From an uncultured Flavobacteriaceae bacterium (GTDB taxonomy: Bacteria; Bacteroidota; Bacteroidia; Flavobacteriales; Flavobacteriaceae), in NCBI GenBank assembly GCA_947500575.1, contig CANMSI010000004.1:344778-408777 (forward strand): DNA of 64,000 nt, given 5' to 3'. The notes under the pieces are model-generated. The model was not told the origin of the DNA. It ran no database searches and was given only the letters and a program-made list of their open reading frames with translations. Positions within the stretch are counted from its first letter, which is position 1; every line of letters starts with the position of its first letter. Positions 1 through 9,400 of this stretch are shown here, in pieces. The translations under genes were made by a program, and so were the position numbers.

Positions 1-3000
1 CATCATTTACATTTAAGGTAATGCTATTCCCATTTTCAATGGATATATCACCTGGGGTTCCATCGGTAGATAAATCTTGATCATCTGTGGCAGGATCTCC
101 GGCCGGACCTTGTGGACCTGCAGGACCTTGTGGACCTACTGGACCTTGATCTCCATCAGGACCTTGGTTTCCTACGGGACCTTGTGGACCTTGGTTACCG
201 TCAGGACCTTGATTTCCTACTGGACCCTGTGGACCTGCAACTCCATCCGGACCTTGGTTCCCATCAGGACCTTGATTTCCTATGGGACCTTGGTTTCCAT
301 CGGGGCCTGTTGCACCAGCTGGACCTTGATTTCCTACTGGACCTTGGTTTCCATCAGGACCTTGATTTCCTACTGGGCCTTGAAGACCTACTGGACCTTG
401 GTTACCGTCAGGACCTTGATTACCATCGGGGCCTTGATTTCCTACTGGACCTTGTGGACCTACAGCACCATCTGGGCCTTGGTTACCCACTGGACCTTGG
501 TTACCATCAGGACCTTGGTTACCGTCAGGACCTTGGTTCCCATCGGGGCCTTGATTTCCTACTGGGCCTTGATTACCATCCGGGCCTTGCGCTCCGTCAG
601 GACCTTGATTTCCTACTGGACCTTGATTCCCATCGGGACCTTGCGCTCCGTCAGGACCTTGATTTCCTACTGGGCCTTGAAGACCTACTGGACCTTGGTT
701 ACCGTCAGGACCTTGATTACCATCGGGGCCTTGTGGACCTACAGCACCATCTGGGCCTTGATTTCCTACTGGACCTTGCGCTCCGTCAGGACCTTGATTT
801 CCTATTGGACCCTGTGGACCTACAGCACCATCTGGGCCTTGGTTACCCACTGGACCTTGGTTACCATCAGGGCCTTGATTACCGTCAGGACCTTGGTTCC
901 CATCGGGGCCTTGATTTCCTACTGGACCTTGTGGACCTACAGCACCATCTGGGCCTTGGTTACCCACTGGACCTTGGTTACCATCAGGGCCTTGGTTACC
1001 TACTGGTCCTTGATTCCCATCGGGACCTTGATTCCCATCAGGGCCTTGATTTCCTACTGGGCCTTGAAGACCTACTGGACCTTGGTTACCGTCAGGACCT
1101 TGATTCCCATCGGGACCTTGCGCTCCGTCAGGACCTTGATTTCCTATTGGACCCTGTGGACCTACAGCACCATCTGGGCCTTGGTTACCCACTGGACCTT
1201 GGTTACCATCAGGACCTTGGTTCCCATCAGGACCTTGATTTCCTACTGGACCTTGGTTACCGTCAGGACCTTGATTACCATCGGGGCCTTGATTTCCTAC
1301 TGGACCTTGTGGACCTACAGCACCATCTAGGCCTTGGTTTCCGTCAGGACCTTGGTTACCCACTGGACCTTGATTCCCATCGGGACCTTGCGCTCCGTCA
1401 GGACCTTGATTTCCTATTGGACCCTGTGGACCTACAGCACCATCTGGGCCTTGGTTACCCACTGGACCTTGGTTACCATCAGGACCTTGGTTCCCATCGG
1501 GGCCTTGATTTCCTACTGGACCTTGATTTCCATCCGGACCTTGGTTCCCATCGGGGCCTTGCGCTCCGTCAGGACCTTGATTTCCTATTGGACCCTGTGG
1601 ACCTACAGCACCATCTGGGCCTTGGTTACCTACTGGACCTTGATTCCCATCGGGACCTTGGTTTCCTACTGGACCTTGTGGACCTACAGCACCATCCGGG
1701 CCTTGATTTCCTACTGGGCCTTGAAGACCAACTGGACCTTGGTTACCGTCAGGACCTTGGTTACCATCGGGACCTTGATTTCCTATTGGGCCTTGAAGAC
1801 CTACTGGACCTTGATTACCGTCAGGACCTTGGTTACCATCGGGGCCTTGCGCTCCGTCAGGACCTTGATTTCCTATTGGACCTTGGTTTCCTACTGGACC
1901 CTGTGGACCTACAGCACCATCCGGGCCTTGGTTACCCACTGGACCTTGGTTACCATCAGGACCTTGGTTCCCATCGGGGCCTTGATTTCCTACTGGACCT
2001 TGATTTCCATCCGGACCTTGCGCTCCGTCAGGACCTTGGTTTCCTACTGGACCCTGTGGACCTACAGCACCATCTGGGCCTTGGTTTCCATCAGGACCTT
2101 GGTTACCCACTGGACCTTGGTTCCCATCAGGACCTTGATTACCGTCAGGACCTTGATTTCCTATTGGACCCTGTGGACCTACAGCTCCATCTGGGCCTTG
2201 GTTACCCACTGGACCTTGGTTACCATCGGGGCCTTGGTTACCCACTGGACCTTGATTCCCATCGGGACCTTGCGCTCCGTCAGGACCTTGATTTCCTATT
2301 GGACCCTGTGGACCTACAGCTCCATCTGGGCCTTGGTTACCCACTGGACCTTGAAGACCAACTGGACCTTGGTTACCGTCAGGACCTTGGTTACCATCGG
2401 GACCTTGATTTCCTATTGGACCCTGTGGACCTACAGCACCATCGGGGCCTTGATTTCCTACTGGACCTTGATTACCGTCAGGACCTTGATTTCCTATTGG
2501 ACCTTGTGGACCTACAGCACCATCTGGGCCTTGGTTACCATCTGGGCCTTGGTTACCATCGGGGCCTTGGTTTCCTACTGGACCTTGCGCTCCGTCAGGA
2601 CCTTGGTTTCCTACTGGACCCTGTGGACCTACAGCACCATCCGGGCCTTGGTTACCCACTGGACCTTGGTTACCATCAGGACCTTGGTTCCCATCGGGGC
2701 CTTGATTTCCTACTGGACCTTGATTTCCATCCGGACCTTGCGCTCCGTCAGGACCTTGATTTCCTACTGGACCCTGTGGACCTACAGCACCATCTGGGCC
2801 TTGGTTCCCATCGGGACCTTGATTTCCTATTGGACCCTGTGGACCTACAGCACCATCTGGGCCTTGATTTCCTACTGGGCCTTGAAGACCAACTGGACCT
2901 TGGTTACCGTCAGGACCTTGGTTCCCATCGGGACCTTGATTTCCTATTGGACCCTGTGGACCTACAGCACCATCTGGGCCTTGGTTTCCTACTGGACCTT

Positions 3001-5935
3001 GATTACCATCCGGACCTTGCGCTCCGTCAGGACCTTGATTTCCTATTGGACCTTGTGGACCTACAGCACCATCTGGGCCTTGGTTTCCATCAGGACCTTG
3101 GTTACCCACTGGACCTTGGTTCCCATCGGGACCTTGATTACCGTCAGGACCTTGGTTTCCTACTGGTCCTTGCGGACCTGGAGGACCTTGAGGACCTACA
3201 GCTCCACCAGCAGCAATATCTGCTAAAGGCACGCTTACCGTATTCCCATCTTCTATGGAAATTTCTAAATCGGTTCCGCTTACCTGAAAGTCTCTTAAAA
3301 GTTGATCATCTGTACCTACAAAGGTGGTCATGGAACCATCTTCACTCGTAAAAGTGAATGTTCCGTCTGTATTGTCTGTTAATGTAGTTACTGTATTATT
3401 CGTATCTATGGTTACAGCTGCACCTGAATCGTCTGTAATTGTATACGTGCCATCCGTATTATCTACCACGGTAGAACGTCTTGCATCAAAATCAGTAACA
3501 GTACCATTCTCACTCGTATATCTAAAAGTACCATCTCCATTATTTACCAAGGTAGTAATGGTTTCTGCAATCGCTACTGAAGCCACATTTAAATAGAGTC
3601 CGCCATCAGTACCCGCTACAATATCATTATTAGAATCACCACTAATTAAACTAATAGTCACTGGAGTTCCTGTCTCATCCGTATAGGTAAAAGTAGCATC
3701 TCCATTGTCTACCAAAGTAGAAATGGAGGTATCACTAATCGTTGTGGTATTCCCTGCCGCATCCGTGAAGGTGTAGGTGCCATCGGCATTGTCTACTAGG
3801 TTTACAGTACCTGCTGCTGTATTGATCTCATCGATCGCATCTTGTACATTCGTTGCCGTTAAGCCCGATGTTGCATTGTCATATGGATTGGCACTTGCAT
3901 TGGTATCAATGACCTGGGTAGCGCCTGTTTCATCTGTATAGGTATAGGTACCATCCGCATTGTCTACCAAAGTAGAAATGGAGGTATCACTAATCGTTGT
4001 GGTATTCCCTGCCGCATCCGTGAAGGTATAGGTACCATCGGCATTGTCTACTAGGTTTACAGTGCCTGCTGCTGCATTGATCTCATCGATCGCATCTTGT
4101 ACATTCGTTGCCGTTAAGCCCGATGTTGCATTGTCATATGGATTGGCACTTGCATTGGTATCTATTAGCTGGGTTGCGCCTGTCTCATCTGTATAGGTAT
4201 ACGTTCCATCTGCATTGTCTACCAAGGTAGAAATGGAAGTATCACTAATAGTAGTCGTATTGCCTGCTGCATCTGTAAAGGTGTAGGTGCCATCGGCATT
4301 GTCTACTAGGTTTACAGTGCCTGCTGCTGCATTGATCTCATCGATCGCATCTTGTACATTCGTTGCCGTTAAGCCCGATGTGGTATTGTCATATGGGTTG
4401 GCACTTGCATTGGTATCTATTAGCTGGGTAGCGCCTGTCTCATCTGTATAGGTATACGTTCCATCTGCATTGTCTACTAAAGTAGAAATGGAAGTATCAC
4501 TAATGGTCGTTGTATTGCCTGCTGCATCTGTAAAGGTGTAGGTACCATCGGCATTATCTACTAGGTTTACAGTACCGGCTGCTGCATTGATCTCATCGAT
4601 CGCATCTTGTACATTCGTTGCCGTTAAGCCCGATGTTGTATTGTCATATGGGTTGGCACTTGCATTGGTATCTATTAGCTGGGTTGCGCCTGTCTCATCT
4701 GTATAGGTATAAGTTCCATCTGCATTGTCTACCAAGGTAGAAATAGAGGTATCACTAATCGTTGTGGTATTCCCTGCCGCATCCGTGAAGGTATAGGTAC
4801 CATCGGCATTATCTACCAGATTTACTGTACCTGCTGCTGCATTGATCTCATCGATCGCATCTTGTACATTCGTTGCCGTTAAGCCCGATGTTGCATTGTC
4901 ATATGGATTGGCACTTGCATTGGTATCAATGACCTGGGTAGCGCCTGTTTCATCTGTATAGGTATACGTTCCATCGGCATTGTCTACCAAGGTAGAAATG
5001 GAAGTATCACTAATGGTCGTTGTATTTCCTGCTGCATCCGTAAAGGTGTAGGTGCCATCGGCATTGTCTACTAGGTTTACAGTGCCTGCTGCTGCATTGA
5101 TCTCATCGATCGCATCTTGTACATTCGTTGCCGTTAAGCCCGATGTTGTATTGTCATATGGATTGGCACTTGCGTTGGTATCAATGACCTGGGTTGCGCC
5201 TGTCTCATCTGTATAGGTATAGGTACCATCAGCATTGTCTACCAAGGTAGAAATGGAAGTATCACTAATGGTCGTTGTATTTCCTGCTGCATCTGTAAAG
5301 GTGTAGGTGCCATCAGCATTGTCTACTAGGTTTACAGTGCCTGCTGCTGCATTGATCTCATCGATCGCATCTTGTACATTTGTTGCCGTTAAGCCTGATG
5401 TGGTATTGTTGTAATTTACCTCTGCTGCGGTCTGATCATCCGTACCAACAAAAATAATTGGTGAACCATTGCCATTATCAAAAGTAAAAGTACCATCACC
5501 ATTATTGGTAAGAGATGCTTTACTTATTGTCTGAGGAGTTCCATCTTCGTTTGTGTATGTAATTGTACCGTCGTTGTTATCCACCAAATTAGTAACCGTA
5601 TCAAATAAGGAAGAAAGGTCTACAGTTTGTGTACTTCCGCCAACCAAAGTAAGGGTCAATTGACCCGTTCCAGTATCATAACTGAAATCTTGAATTTGCG
5701 GATTTACCCCTGAAGTCAACTCCCAGGAATCTCCGTCCCAATAAAAGATATTTCCTGTATTGGTATTTACATAGATATCACCTGTGTCCGCTCCTGCGGG
5801 CGTAGTTGACCCTGGTGTTGTTACGGCGGTTCCGCTTAACACCTCACAATTACATTGGTCTTCTAATGTGACGGTGGTTTGCGAATATGCAAATCCCGAT
5901 ATTAGAAAAAACAGTAACAAAATCCTTTTGCTCAT
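1..5935 (-). CDS. Giant secreted collagen-like repeat protein; 3-prime end lies outside the window (at least 1978 codons visible)
   Basis: A minus-strand ATG at 5935-5933 gives MSKRILLLFFLISGFAYSQ, a signal peptide. Hand translation of 5935-5700, 5460-5280, 3340-3120 and 330-1 stays in one open frame. No stop occurs before position 1, which explains its absence from the ORF track. Plus-strand ORFs at 77-3596 and 5784-6032 are antisense artefacts. Confidence 0.85.
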   Translation of the reverse strand, partial: MSKRILLLFFLISGFAYSQTTVTLEDQCNCEVLSGTAVTTPGSTTPAGADTGDIYVNTNTGNIFYWDGDSWELTSGVNPQIQDFSYDTGTGQLTLTLVGGSTQTVDLSSLFDTVTNLVDNNDGTITYTNEDGTPQTISKASLTNNGDGTFTFDNGNGSPIIFVGTDDQTAAEVNYNNTTSGLTATNVQDAIDEINAAAGTVNLVDNADGTYTFTDAAGNTTTISDTSISTLVDNADGTYTYTDETGATQVIDTNASANPYDNTTSGLTATNVQDAIDEINAAAGTVNLVDNADGTYTFTDAAGNTTTISDTSISTLVDNADGTYTYTDETGATQVIDTNASANPYDNATSGLTATNVQDAIDEINAAAGTVNLVDNADGTYTFTDAAGNTTTISDTSISTLVDNADGTYTYTDETGATQLIDTNASANPYDNTTSGLTATNVQDAIDEINAAAGTVNLVDNADGTYTFTDAAGNTTTISDTSISTLVDNADGTYTYTDETGATQLIDTNASANPYDNTTSGLTATNVQDAIDEINAAAGTVNLVDNADGTYTFTDAAGNTTTISDTSISTLVDNADGTYTYTDETGATQLIDTNASANPYDNATSGLTATNVQDAIDEINAAAGTVNLVDNADGTYTFTDAAGNTTTISDTSISTLVDNADGTYTYTDETGATQVIDTNASANPYDNATSGLTATNVQDAIDEINTAAGTVNLVDNADGTYTFTDAAGNTTTISDTSISTLVDNGDATFTYTDETGTPVTISLISGDSNNDIVAGTDGGLYLNVASVAIAETITTLVNNGDGTFRYTSENGTVTDFDARRSTVVDNTDGTYTITDDSGAAVTIDTNNTVTTLTDNTDGTFTFTSEDGSMTTFVGTDDQLLRDFQVSGTDLEISIEDGNTVSVPLADIAAGGAVGPQGPPGPQGPVGNQGPDGNQGPDGNQGPVGNQGPDGNQGPDGAVGPQGPIGNQGPDGAQGPDGNQGPVGNQGPDGAVGPQGPIGNQGPDGNQGPDGNQGPVGLQGPVGNQGPDGAVGPQGPIGNQGPDGNQGPDGAVGPQGPVGNQGPDGAQGPDGNQGPVGNQGPDGNQGPDGNQGPVGNQGPDGAVGPQGPVGNQGPDGAQGPVGNQGPDGNQGPDGNQGPDGAVGPQGPIGNQGPDGNQGPVGNQGPDGAVGPQGPIGNQGPDGNQGPDGNQGPVGLQGPVGNQGPDGAVGPQGPIGNQGPDGAQGPDGNQGPVGNQGPDGNQGPVGNQGPDGAVGPQGPIGNQGPDGNQGPDGNQGPVGNQGPDGNQGPDGAVGPQGPVGNQGPDGAQGPDGNQGPVGNQGPDGNQGPDGNQGPVGNQGPDGAVGPQGPVGNQGPIGNQGPDGAQGPDGNQGPDGNQGPVGLQGPIGNQGPDGNQGPDGNQGPVGLQGPVGNQGPDGAVGPQGPVGNQGPDGNQGPVGNQGPDGAVGPQGPIGNQGPDGAQGPDGNQGPDGNQGPVGNQGPDGNQGPDGNQGPVGNQGPDGAVGPQGPIGNQGPDGAQGPDGNQGPVGNQGPDGNQGLDGAVGPQGPVGNQGPDGNQGPDGNQGPVGNQGPDGNQGPDGNQGPVGNQGPDGAVGPQGPIGNQGPDGAQGPDGNQGPDGNQGPVGLQGPVGNQGPDGNQGPDGNQGPVGNQGPDGNQGPVGNQGPDGAVGPQGPVGNQGPDGNQGPDGNQGPDGNQGPVGNQGPDGAVGPQGPIGNQGPDGAQGPVGNQGPDGAVGPQGPDGNQGPDGNQGPVGLQGPVGNQGPDGAQGPDGNQGPVGNQGPDGAQGPDGNQGPVGNQGPDGNQGPDGNQGPDGNQGPVGNQGPDGAVGPQGPVGNQGPDGNQGPDGNQGPVGLQGPVGNQGPDGNQGPVGNQGPAGATGPDGNQGPIGNQGPDGNQGPDGVAGPQGPVGNQGPDGNQGPQGPVGNQGPDGDQGPVGPQGPAGPQGPAGDPATDDQDLSTDGTPGDISIENGNSITLNVND
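92..3205 (-). repeat. Collagen-type Gly-X-Y triplet-repeat coding region, 346 triplets (1038 aa), inside the giant CDS
   Basis: Minus-strand codons at 3205, 3196 ... 100 are all GGN. In the codon-aligned antisense ORFs (77..1330, 1334..3226) every third residue is S/T/P/A (NCC) without exception. Direct reads give GAVGPQGPPGPQGPVGNQGPDG ... GPAGPQGPAGDP. Confidence 0.9.
3630..5413 (-). repeat. About seven tandem coding repeats with an exact 255-bp (85-aa) period inside the giant CDS
   Basis: The marker gatctcatcgatcgcatcttgtacatt starts at 3824, 4079, 4334, 4589, 4844, 5099 and 5354, each step exactly 255 bp. The unit reads YDNTTSGLTATNVQDAIDEINAAAGTVNLVDNADGTYTFTDAAGNTTTISDTSISTLVDNADGTYTYTDETGATQVIDTNASANP. 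Copies are nearly identical at DNA level, and the lowest-coordinate copy diverges at its end. Confidence 0.9.
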
Positions 5936-6257
5936 GGCTGTTTGTTTACTTAAACTTTTAATCACTTTTTTGGTTGTTAAACACAAAACGCTATTATGCC
6001 CAATTATAACGGGTAATAGTGTTTGTATTTAGACTAACACAAACCGATTAACTTGATTCCTAAATGACTGTGGAAGGGAAAAGAAGGAGTACACTGAAAC
6101 GTGTTTCCATCATGGATATGACGTTCTTTCTTTGGTTTAAACATCCTAAAGTCGGTTAAGTTATTCATGTTTGGGTTTGTATTAAATCAATTTTCGCCGA
6201 TTATTGACGAGATAATTCAATTACACTTTACAAAACTAATCTAATAGCTAGCAGTGT

Positions 6258-6272
6258 AAAATAAATGTTGTG
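6258..6272. promoter_or_regulatory. Conserved upstream box AAAATAAATGTTGTG (copy upstream of the collagen-like gene)
   Basis: It shares the ATGTTGTG core and A/T-rich left flank with boxes at 10009, 14012, 17515 and 19294. A downstream AAAATAG..TGTATAG..TTGAAG stretch is also shared with the 10009 copy. Confidence 0.4.
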
Positions 6273-6443
6273 TAAGTGCAAAATAGTATTGTATAGACAC
6301 TAAAATTTGAAGTATCTACGGAAAAAAGTATCCATTTTTCTGTTAGTCATTGGTCGATCATCATTTATTATTACTAGTCTTACAGAAACAAGCATGAGAA
6401 AATAAGCGCTATTTTGAAGCATTTATTCATCTTTGGTTGTCAC

Positions 6444-9400
6444 TTAATTTTTGTTCACTCTATAGGTAATTTTACGATTCGTAATCACGGTATTTACTTT
6501 TACATTTAGGATGGCAGTATTGGAGATTTCGGTATCACACAAATAGGCTGTATTGGATACGATTACTCTATACTGACTTCCATCATCTGCGGTTTGTGCA
6601 TTCGTAATAACTAAGCTTGCCGTGTTCGTACCACTATGAATACCGGTATCAGTAAGGTTTACCCAAATACTACCGTTGAATCGTTGCCATTGATAACTAT
6701 CCGTATTCGTTGCTACCACAGTAAAACTTCCATTACATCCAGGACATATCGTAATGTCTATCGGTTGGGTTGTAATTGCTGGTGCTGTACCCGCTTCTCT
6801 AAAATCAAAAACGCTATTGGAATTTCCATCTGCTGGGGGCGTATATCCATCTGTATTACCTGTTACTACCCCAGTTGTAGTGCTGGTTCCGGTACCTGCT
6901 AATTCCCCTGAAATACTTCCACTCTCTGTATATCCTGCTTCAATAACATCTTCACAACCATCCGCATCACTATCCAATTCTACATAATCCCTATTTCCAT
7001 CCGTATCGGAATCTCTAACGGTATAATTAATAGTAGTACTGTCTTCCTGTCCCGATGCCTGAACGGCGTCTGGAACCCCGTCTAAGCCTACTGCTCCAGT
7101 AAGTCTTCCGGCCGTATGAGCAAGATCGTGTCCGGCTTCTACTACATCATAAATACCATCATTATCACTATCTAAATCTTTATCGTCTGTAACGCCATCT
7201 AGGTCTGTATCCACACCAGCTGTCCAAATAATCGCTTGCACCAGCAGATCTTCCCCTGCAGCATTAAATCCGCCCGTATTGTTTGTATGGGGTACAATGG
7301 TCCTTCTTCCTGGCGCAATGCCTGCGTCCATGGCATCTCCCCTTTCCCATACGGCAATTGCTACCTGTCCATTGGGATGTTCTGCTAATACCGTTCCTGA
7401 AGCCAAATTATTGGCATGGAACGCTGCATCTCCAATATCATAATTTCCTAGGGACAGACCGTTGGTAATAGGATGTGTATTATTCAAAATATTGACAAAA
7501 GCGGTATTACTATTCCCTCCTGTATTAGCACCTAATATATCATCATACAAGGCATTTTCACTGGTAATTACACCACTTGCTGTAGTTGTTAAATTGGCCA
7601 CATTGGCCAAAGCATCACCACTAAAAACATCTTCAAAAATAAAAACAACATCATAGGCATTGGCATCTCCGCCTACATTGTCATCCACCACTGTTACGGT
7701 ATAGCCTAATGCGATTAATTTATCAATCACATTTTGCTCATAGGTCTCAGCTGCATTCTGAGTAACCCATAAAACAGCACGAGGGCTTTCTATAGAATCT
7801 AGAATACCGTCATTATCATCATCTTCATCACAAACATCATTAATACCATCTCCATCTGTATCCGTTCCACTAGGATCTGCACAAGGCTCGTAAATAGTCA
7901 CTGTAGCCGTATCACTTTTACCCAAAGCGGGGCATATAGCAACGGTAGAATCTGTGATGGTATAGTCGAAAGTAGTTCCTGGAAACAGCGTTCCTGCGGA
8001 ATAGGTGTAGGTTACCAAGCCTAAATCGGCATCGTCAATGACCACAGTTCCTATGGCAGGTTGTACCACACTATCTATAAAAAAGTCTTCCCCGTCGGGT
8101 TCCGTATCATTATCGAACAAACTGATTTGTACGGAAACGGTTGTACCAATAGGAACGGTTACAAAGTCGTCTACTGCATCTGGGGCATTGATATTTTCTA
8201 CTATCTCTGCGTCTGTGGTAGATAGATCGTAGTGATTGGTTCCTGGAATGGTACTTGGTGTTGCTACAATAGTAGCAATAAGCCTCGAAAAACCCCCAGG
8301 CGCAGATGCATCATAAAAATTAGGATAACGTACTTCTATTATATACGTCTCATTTTCCCCAAGAGGAAGCCCAAAATGCACTTCTTCTGGACTTTGGGTT
8401 CCATGCCCAAAAACCCCATTTACTTGTCGGAGTCCACTGACTATATTTCCTTCACAATCCTTGATTATGACATTGGTTCCTATGGCAACCCGTTCGGGTA
8501 TTCCACCGGTAGAACCATCGGCACCTCTATCTTCAGTTACATCTATTAAAAGATGGTTATTTCTATTTGCTGCGGGTAGGTTATTGATAAAAAGTTGATT
8601 GGAATTATTGTTAATGTTCATATAAATATCCAAATCTCCATCATCGTCAATGTCGATCATAGTGGTACCTTCTCCATTTCGATTGTTAAAGGTTTCGGCG
8701 TCCAAAGTAAAACTCATGGCCGCTCCACTTCCAATAACCCCTGGTGCTGGGGTAGGACTATTTAGTTGGTTGATAAATAGATAACTTCTATTATCACCTA
8801 CAAAAAGAATATCAATATCCCCATCATTGTCTATATCACCCCCTGCAAGCGCATCAATATCATTAGAAGAACTTCCACTATCTGTATTAGAAGGCTGTGG
8901 TAAACCGGGAAAGGTAGCTGCTCCTAAGGGAGTCCAGATCCCAGGGCCATCATTACGAAAGATTTGGTTTAAACCATTTTCTGTCCAGACTGCATCTAAA
9001 TCCCCATCATTATCCAAATCCCATAGACCATTTCCACCCTTATTTCCGTTATCTGCTTGGGCTAAATCTGACCCATTTGTGAAAGTACCTCCTTGGTTTA
9101 GGAAGAAATCATTTTCATTTCGTTTACGCATAAAGATATCTACCCAGCCATCGTCATTCACATCCGCAGCGGAACCGTAATCTCCGTCTGTTGCAAATTG
9201 ATTCAGACCAAATTCTACTACTCCAGAACCATTACCAGGGGTAATATGCGTAAATAAAGCGTTTGGGGCGGGGTTAACAACGGTATGAGTTATATGATTT
9301 ATATAGTTATTACGCAATAATTCTATCCCGTAATTATGACTATCGAAAAAGATATCTAAATCACCATCTCCTTCAAAATCAAAAAAACCAGCACCTTCTA

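Noticed and set aside
77-3596. Long plus-strand ORFs (77..1330, 112..3351, 1334..3226, 3324..3596) with LDL/WTL-type periodic translations
   Set aside because: They are antisense to the collagen-like gene. Their openness results from GGN-CCN-rich triplets, which rarely give stop codons on the opposite strand. The minus-strand frame has an ATG, a signal peptide and a biologically coherent product.
3630-5413. Regular 255-bp repeats as a possible CRISPR or satellite array
   Set aside because: The repeats are contiguous with no unique spacers. They are in frame and encode an 85-aa protein module within the giant CDS.
6040-6169. A 43-codon minus-strand ORF (MNNLTDFRMFKPKKERHIHDG...) in the 508-bp region upstream of the collagen-like gene
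   Set aside because: It has no recognisable features, is very short and lies in AT-rich DNA. It cannot be supported from sequence alone.
6028-6352. An 8-bp inverted repeat (gactaaca / tgttagtc) about 300 bp apart upstream of the collagen-like gene, as a possible invertible promoter
   Set aside because: An 8-bp match in 500 bp of AT-rich DNA is expected by chance. The repeat does not extend, and no dedicated invertase lies adjacent.
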